DNA of 64,000 bases, from contig OX597842.1 of the NCBI GenBank assembly GCA_951406725.2, forward strand, positions 21,700,001-21,764,000, written 5' to 3'. Made by a program: the position numbers and the translations under genes. Positions 1 through 12,459 of this stretch are shown piece after piece. Source of the stretch: Octopus vulgaris. Its lineage: Eukaryota. Below the pieces are notes generated by a model. The model was not told where the DNA came from and ran no database searches. It was given only the letters and a program-made list of their open reading frames with translations. How positions within the stretch are numbered: the stretch's first letter is position 1; each line of letters starts with the position of its first letter.

Positions 1-152
1 AGACAGGTGTGATCGGACCGAAAGGTCTCATAGAGTGAGAGAGTCCGGAAGTGAATAGTATTAAATTTACGTCTAATATAGGATAAAACTTTCGAAAAAT
101 GTTATCAATGGCCAGCACGTTAAAAAAATGCCTTTAAAGGTTAAATTTACAA

Positions 153-727
153 ACAACTTATAAACAAGGACAAAAGAAAAATAATCCAATGCTAAATATG
201 CCGAAATATTACTTAATCGTCAATAACCATATAATTTATCACTATAAGCTCGCGTCTCGAAAGCAAGCCGATAGAATTTTCGAAAACAAATTTCGTTATT
301 ATCGGATCGATCCCCATTTCTGAGTTAATTCATTTAGAATTTTCTCTTCATTAGTGATAAGAGAATTCTCTAAGAGAATTTTCAGTCCGTTCACACGTGT
401 CTCGGGGTATGATGCAGAATTTCTATTTTGGATTTATTTGGGGTACTTAAGTGTGCTCATGACTTAGTGTTTACTTCTTCCATAGGTACAAGTAAGAATC
501 TCATTTATTTTCTAATCGTATTTATCGCTGATGACGAGAACATTCTAAATGAATTAACTCATTAATGAGGATCGATCCGATAATAACGAAATCTTTTTAG
601 AAATTTCTATCAGCTAGCTTTCGAGACGCGTGCTTATAGTGATAAATTTTATGGTTATCGAGGATTAAGTCTATTTCGGCATATTTAACATTGAATTCTT
701 TTTCTTTTGCCCTTGTTTATAAGTTGT
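153..727. mobile_element. Foldback/MITE-like element with ~205-bp imperfect inverted arms (second copy ~7540-8112)
   Basis: caacttataaacaagg...ttagtgataa (153-360) is the reverse complement of ttatcgctga...ccttgtttataagttg (522-727). A (TA)n tract follows. Confidence 0.75.
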
Positions 728-758
728 ATATATATATATATATATTATATATATATAT

Positions 759-792
<34 letters not shown>

Positions 793-1399
793 TTCATGCT
801 TGTGTGTCAATTTTTCTTGCTGACCTTAAGTCATTTTATCGCTACCTCTTTATTTATTTATAAATAAATTTAAATATTTTCCCCTCCGTTGAAATGCAAA
901 TCTCTTTATAACACGGAATTCCAACTATAAATTTTGTTGCATTTAAACCGTTCTTTAAATGCACTTCTTTTAAAACTAATGATAGAGTATTATGATTTCG
1001 TTAGTCTTAATATTAACATTGATATTCATGAAATCTACGTCCCATGGAAATTTAAATTGAACTTGATGAAAATTTTGAATGTTGCAGCATAAATTCCAAT
1101 TTCTGTTTGTTTAACCGTGAAAAGAGCTATAAAGAATCAATTAGGATTAGGAAGGTAATAACTTTTCCATATGAACAAGAAGAAATATATGTGAATTTAT
1201 ATATGACTAAATGAAGAGGTAGGGAAAAAGATTTAAGCTCAGGAATACAGATACACACACACACACAAATATGAATTATATACATATAAATTTATATATA
1301 TTTCTACACAGAAACACACTCTAGAGGGAATAAAGGGGCTACCCAATATGCTGCAAGTGGCGCTGCCACCGACGAGATTTACTCTTGTCCGCTTCTCCA

Positions 1400-3450
1400 A
1401 CGGTAAACACGAGGATTGTTTTCATTTTTGCATGCTTTAATGACAATGTCCGACATATGGGCGAATGAGCGTAGGTGCAACGTGGCAACGGAAAACAATT
1501 TGGTGTTGATGAATCAGGTGAGATGCGTTCTCTTCGATTCTAAGCAGATATTTGCGGCCTTTAGGGAACACTACGTGCATCAGTTTGTGTTGGTTAGTGG
1601 TCCATTGACTATGAAGCTCTTAACCGTCTACGTAGACGGCTTGCAGCAACACTCGAATGAAACTACGCCGTTCTACAAATGGTGGAAAATTGTTGCGGTA
1701 TTCGAGATGCCGAGTTAGATGTCGCCATGGCTTGAGGATCAGCCTTACGCAGTTTAAAATGATTTGTCATAAATAGCAGTGAGTGCAATGGCAAGTGTAT
1801 ACAACAAAGGGAAGAAGAACGAGATGATTCTTAGCCCTGATAAAAGGTGGGGGTCACGGCAATGTTGAGAAAGAACTCGAAAAAAATGTAATTGATAATA
1901 ATTTGAGACCTGTAATTAGGCTAAATGCCGAAGATTCCATATCAAAATCATCTAAGCACAACAGGTTCCTGCTTGCACAGTACATCACAGACAGAATGAG
2001 TAACAAATGCGTTTCCAATGAAATCCTAATTTTGTGTTAGTCAAATGCCAACTGTTGGCGCCTGCACTGAAGGAAGCCGGATTCGGTCCTGTTTCCAGAG
2101 GCTGGATCGCAGTAACCTACAACACATTTTGCTTGTTGGAACCATTCAAATCAACTGGAACTAAGAAGACCTGGTGAACAGGCTATAAGCAGAGAGGTAG
2201 TGTGGTGGAGAACGGTTGAAGAGAGAGAGATAATACGATCAAACTCTCATCGAAGCCTTAAAATTCCATTTAAAATGACGGTGAGGGTGGAGTGAGAGAG
2301 AAATCCACACCACCAAAGTAAACCTAGTGAAAAGTGGGGGAATACTAAACTGCATCTGTAAGCTGAGTCATACCGAGGAAGATGGAGTACTTGTAGTCGT
2401 AGTCTTGACCTAACTTTCTTTACAACATCTGCCATAATGGCATGGACGATCCTAAAATTACTTGAGTAGTTTATGACTGGGAGTCACATACGTTTCAGCT
2501 TGGTCAGTCAACAAAGTTGGCCTTAGAAGCAGGTATTCCTCAGTCAGTAGCGGTCACTTATTATCCATCATCTAGAAGACAGTGAAAAACCTGGGGAAGG
2601 TGTTTAAATTTAACCGGAGTGACATATAATCTATTTGTGAAAGCAGCAAGGATTCTGAAAGGCGACTATCTACAGTGGACACGTGATGTCTCCCGGTAAT
2701 TTTAAGACCTGGAGTTAAAAATAGAGCATCCGCCCTGGATCATTTCGCAGTTCTCCGTACATGACATTTCAATATCCTCATTGAAGAGAAGGAAGCGATT
2801 TCCTGTGAAAAAGCCTGAGCAACGTAGTCCTGAGTGAAAAATAAAATTTGAAGCACTTCATAAGCAGCCTCAGAGAAATCTTGGTACTCTGTGATTAGAT
2901 GTTGCTATTGCGAGGCTTTCGGTACGAGGGCAATACATCACGGAATTGGAGTGCGGTGGAGGATTTCTTGGCTTCACAGGTATGTGATGAAAAACCTGAT
3001 TTGGGTAGCACCACAACACCTCACTGTGACAAGTGGCAAAACAGGTATAGGAAGTTACTGACAAAGATAGGTGTGTATGTCCTTACTACTTTCATACTAA
3101 TAGATAGTCTATGCTTTTCTTTTGTTTGTCATCTAACCTTATGGTTACTCTTATTATACGAGAGTGGCAGAAGCTTCTGCGCACTCTTACATCCTCACGT
3201 GGGACATATAGTTTATTTATATCTGCCTCTGGGAGATGCATGTAGTGTATCGTGACAGAATTGCTTTGTTTTGATTCGGTGATACACATCTCATTCGTGG
3301 ATCATTTTATGGTATCAAAGCTGCAGCCTAGAGGACCTATATATAAGGTATTCATTGCATCAGCCTTTTCTTCAAATGGAAATAGGTTTTTGTGGTGGCG
3401 GATCATAAGAATGCGGTGTGACGCGAGAAATCATATCAGCACATTCACTA
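1400..3450 (+). mobile_element. Highly degenerate Tx1/L1-clade LINE ORF2 remnant
   Basis: Peptides LFDSKQIFAAFREHY, IDNNLRPVIRLNAE, LLAQYITDR, LKEAGFGPVSRGWIAVTY and RNWSAVE match, in order, LLEPSKMCEAFQQHF, IDNFRPITLLNAD, LMRYIIDR, LRAAGFGPVFRGWIAALY and KNWNEIT of the LINE at 41131-44573. Confidence 0.8.
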
Positions 3451-3589
3451 ATAGCAGACACTAGCCGCAACAGTTTTAATATATCGACGGAATTAAATGC
3501 AGGAAGATAAGGAAAAAAATGCGGTGTTTGGGGATTTCATGAAGGAGATGACCATAATGATGTTCAAAGAAAATGAGTTTGTTTTAAAA

Positions 3590-4985
3590 CTTAAAATTGA
3601 ATACACAGTATTTTACGTAGGATATGGGCGGTTCCCATTAGCGCTATCTTTTGAGTTGCTGCCATTTTGGGGTTTCCTAGTGTCTGAGATAGGTATGATT
3701 CAGGCCTTTTGCTATAATTCCTCGGGCAACTATGACAACTGGAATTGTTTTACTTCCACATTTTGATAATTTTTATTTCAACATCTTTACACTTGCTCAG
3801 TTTTGTAGGTTTTGACAGATACTTTTATGTCGATTGGGACAGTTTTAAATGACGAGGCATGGTTTTTTACTGTAGTTTTTCTATATAATGCCTGGTCTAT
3901 TCGCATCTATCTTTCTGTCACTTTTAATGGCGAAGTTCTAGAAGATAAGATGCGATCATCTTCAAGAACTGGAGTGTGTTCGTGTCCCCAACAGATTGTA
4001 TCATGTGGCACGTCTATGTTTTTGCAAATTAACCAGTGAATATGATGTGCTGCTCAATCATGCCTGTTGAGATATTCTGTATACACAAGAAGACTGCACA
4101 TGGAAACAACATGATCAATGGTTTCATTTTGTTGTTTACATACAAGACATGCTGGGTGACTGCCGTTCTTTAATATGGTAGTTTCTTGTAGGTAGAACTT
4201 GATCTTCAGCTGCTATATTAAATCCGTCTGTGTCTGATTTTAAGCTAGAAGACACTAACCATTGATGGGTAATGGCTTTATCCACATCGGTACTATTAGC
4301 TCTCTTTGGGTATTTGCCATTGAGCTGTTTTCTTTGTCATTTATCTGTAAGAATATCTAAGTCAGATTCTTTGCAGGTACTTCATTCGCTTAGCTTTGTC
4401 TGTGCTTGTTTCTAGTACGTCTAACTCTGGGATTTGTTGTATTTGGAATTCACTTAGATATTCCTTTGCATGTTTTGTTACTTTATATGACACCTTCTTG
4501 TTTCCGTGCTTTGAGATAAGTTTTAACATCCAGTCATGAGAGTTGTTTTGGTAGGTGTTTCGGTCAATCGTTAATTCCATTGTTAATTCCAGTTGTAAAT
4601 GTTACGGCCACCCTCTTTTCTTGGCAGGTAAAATCGTTCTACATCTGCTTTAGGGTGGTGCATTCTATGCATTGTCAACAGTTTTCGTATTATTCTGTCA
4701 AGATTACATATTTCAATAATTGACCAGTTAATAATATTGAAACTGTAAGTAACGACTTGTACAGCATAGGTACTGATCACTTCGATCCTGTTTCTTGCAT
4801 TCAGCTCTGTTTTAAATATTGCTTTTACCCTGCGATAATATTCTATTCTGATCCTTTCCCTCATCACTGAATATTTGATCATGTCCACTTCAAATACCGA
4901 TAAGTACATGTTTCTCTCCGCTGGTTCTAATTCCTTTATGACATTCTGCCGGATGTTTCTGTCGTTTTTCCTTTGATAAATATAG
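3590..4985 (-). mobile_element. Dong/R4-clade non-LTR retrotransposon, 3' fragment (RT thumb, CCHC finger, restriction-like endonuclease), disrupted
   Basis: ISTYAVQVVTYSFNIINW...LDRIIRKLLTMHRMHHPKADVERFYLPRKEGGR, CLVCKQQNETIDHVVSMC, NRP-type motif and C-terminal QKIALMGTAHILRKIL. Contains stops and frameshifts. Confidence 0.85.
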
Positions 4986-5355
4986 CTTTGCTCATTTATC
5001 GAGGTAAAATTGCAACGTGATATCATCAAAGAATTGTTTAGTATCTCCCGCCCAAGACGAAACATTAAAGGACTATATATTTATCCACACGTTTCAGGCA
5101 TAAATATACATATGACTATATACGCACATTTCACAATATACCAAAAAGTGATGTAGAACACAAAGACTTATGTAAACGCACATCGTCACACACAAACACG
5201 CTCAACTCACACACACTCACATACATATATATAGAGAGAGAAATAATGTGAGTTAGAGAAGGGCAAAAGAAGGTTAAGAAAGAAAGATGGAAAGATATTA
5301 AATTTGAGGAAATATATACTCAGGAATATAGTATAAACCAGACTGTTCAACTTAC

Positions 5356-5427
5356 AAACGCCATAATCTCGGAAGATTTGCAAACGATCCATTTTCAATT
5401 TTCACGATTGCATTATTGGATAGAACT
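5356..5427 (-). CDS. 72-bp LRR exon (phase 2-2) of an extracellular LRR protein: (L)VLSNNAIVKIENGSFANLPRLWR(L)
   Basis: Acceptor atctttcAG, donor GTAAGT, exactly 24 codons, fits LxLxxNxIxxIxxxxFxxLxxLxxL. The frame joins the upstream exon (TT+A=Leu). Confidence 0.9.
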
Positions 5428-6138
5428 CTGAAAGATAATTCATGAAGAAAAAACATAGAAGTGATTAGTCATATATTTCAATTATTATGTCCAATGTATT
5501 AGCTGCTGAAATAGAAGAAAAATAAGTAAAAGTGGGACAATTTGGTCAAGACGATTATGAAAATGATATGTGAAGATTATGAAGATAATAATGAAGATGT
5601 ATGGCATTGTGTTAAGTGATGATGAAATCAATAATTATTATGATGAGGGCATTGATGGTGATAGATTTGGTAGTGATGAATTTCTTTCGGTCTGAGGGCA
5701 TTGCATCTGTGGTTTAAGATTATGACTGATAAGGATGATGATGATGGTGATCATGACGATGATCATGATGACGATAATGGTGACGACGACTACGAGGACG
5801 CAGACTATGATTATGATGACAATATTTACTAATGATGCTCTTGATATTTGGAATGATGATGAGGAGGAGGATGACGCTGATATACAAAGTTGAAACTATA
5901 ACAAAAGAGAAGGATGAGAATAGGAATAAAATTAACGACGAGCAGTTATTGATAAATGAGTTAAAAGGGTAAAGAAGACTAAACTAGAACTGGAGACATG
6001 TATCTACCTAACTATCTATCTATCCATCTATCTATCTCTCAATCTATCTATCTCTGTACCTACCTATCTATCTTTCACTTTATCAATATATCAATCAATC
6101 GCCAGACAGATACGTAAACACATACACACATATACCAG

Positions 6139-6169
<31 letters not shown>

Positions 6170-6192
6170 TTGTTTGTGTCTATATATATATA

Positions 6193-6251
<59 letters not shown>

Positions 6252-6269
6252 AACACGTTCATACACGTA

Positions 6270-6480
6270 CTTCTTTCAGTAATTTGACAATGTCCATGCT
6301 AGAGCCTTAATTCGAACGAATCGAGATCAACATTTATTTGTTGAAAGACTAGCACTTATTCTCTCGGTATCTTTTGTCGAAACACTAAGTTACAGGGTGT
6401 GTAACACCAACATTGGTTATTAGGTGATCTTGAGGGAACACAAATATATACATAAATCTGTCTATATTTGTGTGTCTGTG
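6270..6480 (-). mobile_element. Degenerate tRNA-SINE 3' fragment, family A (paralog ~9730-9935)
   Basis: tttcagtaatttgac...ccatgct...cttattctctcggtatcttttg resembles the intact copy at 57028-57456. Confidence 0.6.
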
Positions 6481-6820
6481 CTTGTGCTAGCACTGGCACT
6501 AACCATTTTCCAACACCCAGTCCACAAAACATCATCTACACACCCATACACAGTCATCCGCACACCCACACACTACAGACGCACACAGCTACGCACGAAT
6601 AAATCCACACATCATAGTCATTAGCCCCTCTCAACACACACACACTTACACATTCTTACATACACAACCGCACGCACACCATTGCTTTGGGATCTCCAGT
6701 TGTTTATTATCTCCCCGACTCTCTATCTCTCCCGTCAAGCTATGTTTTTCCTAACCAGTTGCCATGCTTGATCCTAAATCGACAAGATTCTTAATCACTT
6801 TTTGTTCATGTTCTCCTTTC

Positions 6821-6857
6821 TCTTTCTGTTGAGGAGCATAGGCTCGAAAGTAAAAGA
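6821..6857 (+). ncRNA. Penelope-type minimal hammerhead-like motif, variant core (also 10287-10323, 25631-25666, 26075-26110, 45961-45996)
   Basis: Stem I tcttt/aaaga, core CTGTTGA (CTGAAGA in the 25-46 kb copies), stem II gagc/gctc, then GAAA(C)GTA. Confidence 0.5.
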
Positions 6858-7180
6858 ATTTCTCTTTTCCCGAGCGTTCAATCTAACACCTGTTTTCGAC
6901 TTTTAGTTTCCCGTAAATTTAATCTACCGACACGCAAACACACACAGACAGACACACACAAACACACACACACACACACACATCTATATATTAAAAGGAT
7001 GTGTGTTATAATACTATTCCGCAACCATACCAACAAACCAACATACCTGTATCCTCTGCTACGCCACGGTTACCATTATGGTTTCGACACCTGGTCACTA
7101 CCCTTTAATCCGGCGGTGTCAACAACACTAAAATAAGTGTTGTTTGGGAACAAAGATATCAAAGAAACCACAAATTTCAA

Positions 7181-8110
7181 CCACATTTACCCTATGTATA
7201 ACCGTATCAATAAATAATTCAATAAGTAATTTCTAAAATAAGTAAACAGCGTGAATCTTTTCAATCATACAAATATTATAATCTCTACCGTCTTCCGTAG
7301 ATATGAAAGTAAAACCTTAATGACCACAATAGGGCAATCAGTCGATATATCGGAGGATAAGACACCAACTTCCACAGCATACCTCGAGACAGGTGTGATC
7401 GGACCGAAAGGTCTCATAGAGTGAGAGAGTCCGGAAGTGAATAGTATTAAATTTACGTCTAATATAGGATAAAACTTTCGAAAAAATGTTATCAATGGCC
7501 AGCACGTTAAAAAAATGCCTTTAAAGGTTAAATTTACAAACAACTTATAAACAAGGACAAAAGAAAAATAATCCAATGCTAAATATGACGAAATATTACT
7601 TAATCGTCAATGATCATATAATTTATCACTATAAGCTCGCGTCTCGAAAGCAAGCCGATAGAATTTTCGGAAACAAATTTCGTTATTATCGGATCGATCC
7701 CCATTTCTGAGTTAATTCATTTAGAATTTTCTCTTCATTAGTGATAAGAGAATTCTCTAAGAGAATTTTCAGTCCGTTCACACGTGTCTAGGGGTATGAT
7801 GCAGAATTTCTATTTTGGATATATTTGGGGTACTTAAGTGTGCTCATGACTTAGTGTTTACTTCTTCCATAGGTACAAGTAAGAATCTCATTTATTTTCT
7901 TATCGTATTTATCGCTGATGACGAGAAAATTCTAAATGAATTAACTCAGAAATGAGGATCGATCCGATAATAACGAAATCTTTTTAGAAATTTCTATCAG
8001 CTTGCTTTTGAGACGCGTGCTTATAGTGATAAATTATATGGTTATTGAGGATTAAGTCTATTTCGGCATATTTAACATTGAATTCTTTTTCTTTTGCCCT
8101 TGTTTATAAG

Positions 8111-8196
<86 letters not shown>

Positions 8197-9527
8197 CATG
8201 CTTGTGTGTCAATTTTTCTTGCTGACCTTAAGTCATTTTATCGCTACCTCTTTATTTATTTATAAATAAATTTAAATATTTTCCCCTCCGTTGAAATGCA
8301 AAACTCTTTATAACACGGAATTCCAACTATAAATTTTGTTGCATTTAAACCGTTCTTTAAATGCACTTCTTTTAAAACTAATGATAGAGTATTATGATTT
8401 CGTTAGTCTTAATATTAACATTGATATTCATGAAATCTACGTCCCATGGAAATTTAAATTGAACTTGATGAAAATTTTGAATGTTGCAGCATAAATTCCA
8501 ATTTCTGTTTGTTTAACCGTGAAAAGAGCTATAAAGAATCAATTAGGATTAGGAAGGTAATAACTTTTCCATATGAACAAGAAGAAATATATGTGAATTT
8601 ATATATGACTAAATGAAGAGGTAGGGAAAAAGATTTAAGCTCAGGAATACAGATACACACACACACACAAATATGAATTATATACACATAAATTTATATA
8701 TATTTCTACACAGAAACACACTCTAGAGGGAATAAAGGGGCTACGCAATACACAGCAAGTGGCGCTGCCACCGACGAGATTTACTCTTGTCCGCTTCTCC
8801 AACGGTAAACACGAGGACTATTTTCATTTTTGCATGCTTTAATGACAATGTCCGACATATGGGCGAATGAGCGTAGGTGCAACGTGGCCACGGAAAACAA
8901 TTTGGTGTTGATGAATCAGGTGAGATGCGTTCTCTTCGATTCTAAGCAGATATTTGCGGCGTTTAGGAAACACTATGTGCATCAGTTTGTGTTGGTTAGT
9001 GGTCTATTGACAATGAAGCTCTTAACCGTCTACGTAGACGGCTTGTGGCAACACTCGAATGAAACTACGCAGTTCTACCAATGGTGGAAAATGATAAATG
9101 AAGATTATAAAGATAATAATGAAGATGTATGACATTGTGTTAAGTGGTGATGAAAGCGATAATTATTATGATGAGGGCATTGACGGTGACGGATTTGGTA
9201 GTGATGAAGTTGTTTCGATCTGATGCCATTGCATATGTGGTTTAAGATTATGATTGATAAAGATGATGATGATGATGGTGATGATTGCGATTATCATGAT
9301 GATGATGAGGACGCAGACGATGATTATCATGACAATATTTACTGATGATGCTCTTGATATTTGGAATGATGATGAGGAGGAAGATGACGCTGATATACAA
9401 ATTTGAAACTATAACAAAAGTGAAGGATGAGAATAGGAATGAAATAACGGGCAGTTATTGATAAATGAGATAAAAAGAGTAAAGAAAACTAAATTAGAAC
9501 TGGAGACACGTATCTACCTATCTATAC

Positions 9528-9561
<34 letters not shown>

Positions 9562-10661
9562 TCATCCATCTATCTATCTATCTATCACTTTATCAATATA
9601 TCTATCAATCGTCAGACAGATACGTAAACACATACACACATATACCAATATATATATGTATATATTTGTGTGCGTGTGAATATATCTATATGTGTGTGTG
9701 TGTGTGTATGTAACACGTTTATACATGTACTTTTTCAGTAATTTGACAATTGCCATGCTAGAGCCTTTATTCGAACCAATCGATCCCAGCATTTATTTGT
9801 TGAAAGTCTAGCACTTATTCTCTCGATGTCTTTTGCCGAACCACTAAGTTACAGGATGTGTAACACCAACATTGGTTATTAGGTGATCTGGAGGGAACGC
9901 AAATATATATTTAAATCTGTCTATATTTGTGTGCCTGTGCTTGTGCTAGCACTAGCACTAACCACTTTCCAACTCCCAGACCAAAAAACATCATCTACAC
10001 ACCCATCCACAATCATCCGCACACACACACACTACAGACGCATACAGCGACGCACGCATACATCCACACATCATAGTCATTAGCCCCTATCAACACACAC
10101 ACACACACTCTTATACATTCTTACATACACATCCGCACGCACACCATTGTTTTAGGATCTCCAGTTGTTTATTATCTCCCCGACTCTCTATCTCTCCCGT
10201 CAAGCTATGTTTTTCCAAACCAGTTGCCATGTTTGATCCCTAAATCGACAAGATTTGTAATCACTTTTTGTTCATGTTCTCCTTTCTCTTTCTGTTGAGG
10301 AGCATAGGCTCGAAAGTAAAAGAATTTCTCAATTTCCCAAGCGCTGACTGTAACACCTGTTTTCGACTTTTATTTTTCCGTAAATTTAATCTACCGACAC
10401 ACAAACACGCAAACACATACCGACACACACACACACCCCCACACACACGCACGCACACACATCTATATATTAAAAGGATGTGTGTTATAATACTATTTCA
10501 CAACCATAGCAACAATCCAACATACCTGCATCATCAGCTACCCCATAGTTACCATTATGGTTTCGACACCTGATCACTACCCTTCAATCCTGCGGTGTGA
10601 ACAGCACTAAAATAAGTGTTGTTTGGGCACAAAGAAATAAAAAAAAACCCACAAATTTCAA
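7181..10661. repeat. Tandem segmental duplication, copy B, lacking ~3.87 kb relative to copy A
   Basis: The junction at 9087-9092 (GAAAAT) joins the equivalents of 1685-1690 and 5559-5564. Confidence 0.92.
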
Positions 10662-10968
10662 TCAATATCGAAAACAGTGTGGGAGTAGGAACATCACCTT
10701 TTCAGTCGGAATTTCGTGAGACAATTTTCTGTTTAATACAACCCGGTACAACCGCTTAGACATAAAAATTAGATATAAGGCAATATGTACTGAAAAACAG
10801 TCTACTTGACTTCATAGCTAGAAATATATCGACTTCCTTTACTACACTGTAACATGGTGTTTAACGATGTGAAATCAACACCATAAGGTATTTACTTACA
10901 ACTTAATAAATGAGAATTTGAATCATTGAATGTTGAAAATATGTAAAAAAGAAATGTCCAATACTTAC

Positions 10969-11159
10969 AAAGCACTAACGTTCTGGCCAATATTTTGTGG
11001 AACAGAAGTCAAATTGAGAAATCTACAGTCTACTTCCTGACCTCCAGGAGTACATGTACAAATACTGCAAACGTCTGGAACAGCATGCGACTCCAAAAGA
11101 AATCTCATGTACATTATCAACACAAAACTCAACATAAAATGGTGATTTTGCCGGAACAT
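10969..11159 (-). CDS. First coding exon of the LRR gene: signal peptide + LRRNT cap (exon acceptor at 11179)
   Basis: MFRQNHHFMLSFVLIMYMRFLLESHA followed by VPDVCSICTCTPGGQEVDCRFLNLTSVPQNI (C-x-C...VDC...LTSVPxxI). Acceptor ttgttttacAG, donor GTAAGT in phase 2. Confidence 0.9.
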
Positions 11160-11427
11160 ATTTTCATGTGTAGATTAATCTGTAAAACAAGAAAATACAA
11201 AATATCAGACACTCCATTGTTATTTCATTCATTTTGTAAATTCTACGAAGGACAAATATTGCTCCCTGTTTCATGCGATGAATTTATCCTTGATTTCGCT
11301 TACTTTCAAAGTCATAATTTAAAAATAAAGAAAAACTGAATTTCGATCAGTGTGAAGAATATAGTTATAGATTATAGCATCCATGAGTGATAATATGAAA
11401 TAAAAACTGAAGACCTATCACCTTAAA

Positions 11428-11435
11428 GCACACAC

Positions 11436-11520
<85 letters not shown>
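11428..11520. repeat. (CA)n microsatellite
   Basis: Read directly from the sequence. Confidence 0.98.
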
Positions 11521-11521
<1 letters not shown>

Positions 11522-12459
11522 TCGCGAACAGGCATGCCCGCGCGCACACTCGCAAAGCATCTGTATATATAAAATTATTTGTCTCTCTCTTTGTTCCCAA
11601 CGCATTCACAAACGGCTCAACCAAACCAAATCAAACTCTACATGATAATCAGAACTCGTGAGTGTCAACATGTAAATTTTTTGCATTAAAACAATGCAAC
11701 ATTGGCACTGATTCCGTATTACGTTTCAAAACTCGAAGAATAAAAGTGAAAGAATAACATCTATATTGTAATGTGATATATCGTTTCACTTCCATATACT
11801 TACTTTTAACTCTAACCACGACGACGACATCACCTTTCGCATATGATTGGTGTAATTGTCTGTGAATGTATGAGTCTAAGTGTATGAATGTTTATATGTC
11901 TCACAGTGTGTGTTTGTGTCTTTCTACGTGAGTTAGGTTATTAAACATACTATTCGTGTGTGAGGGCTGAGCAGTGTCAATGCCAGTTCCATTACCAGTT
12001 AATAACAATCGCAGCATTTGTAAGGTTGCAAGCTATTTGCAATTACTTATTTACCCTTACATTAAAACATTTATCCTAAATCTATATACTTCTTTGTTTC
12101 TCTGATGAGACCACGAAGCTAAGAACATTTCCTCCTTCTTTTTTCTTCTTTCTCATTTTTCCATTCCTAGTTTCCTCTCGCCGTTAACTGCCTTAAATGT
12201 TTTCATTACTGACAGCTTGTTGTTGTTTCTCTTCCGTAAGCTAACCATTTTCAATGACCACTGAAAGATAGTTTTAGCTCCATCTCTTGGAATTTCGTTA
12301 AGTAAATTACTCGCTTCTCCCCTTGCTTAATTCCGACCGTCCCTTGTCCGCTGTGCGCCCGTCCTCACCCACCCCCACCACCAATACCGGATATCTCTCT
12401 ATTCTCTCCCCTTCTCTTTCTTATCTCTTTTCTTCTCTTTTTCTACCTCCCTCCCTTGG

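Larger units (their letters stand above)
1..7180. repeat. Tandem segmental duplication, copy A (begins left of the window)
   Basis: Position 1 (agacaggtgtgatcggaccg) recurs at 7387. 1-1690 aligns with 7387-9092 and 5559-7180 aligns with 9087-10661. Confidence 0.95.

Noticed and set aside
10526-10606. Extra minus-strand exon of the LRR gene (AG...GTATG; paralog ~7047-7127)
   Set aside because: Stops in all three frames and no LRR pattern.
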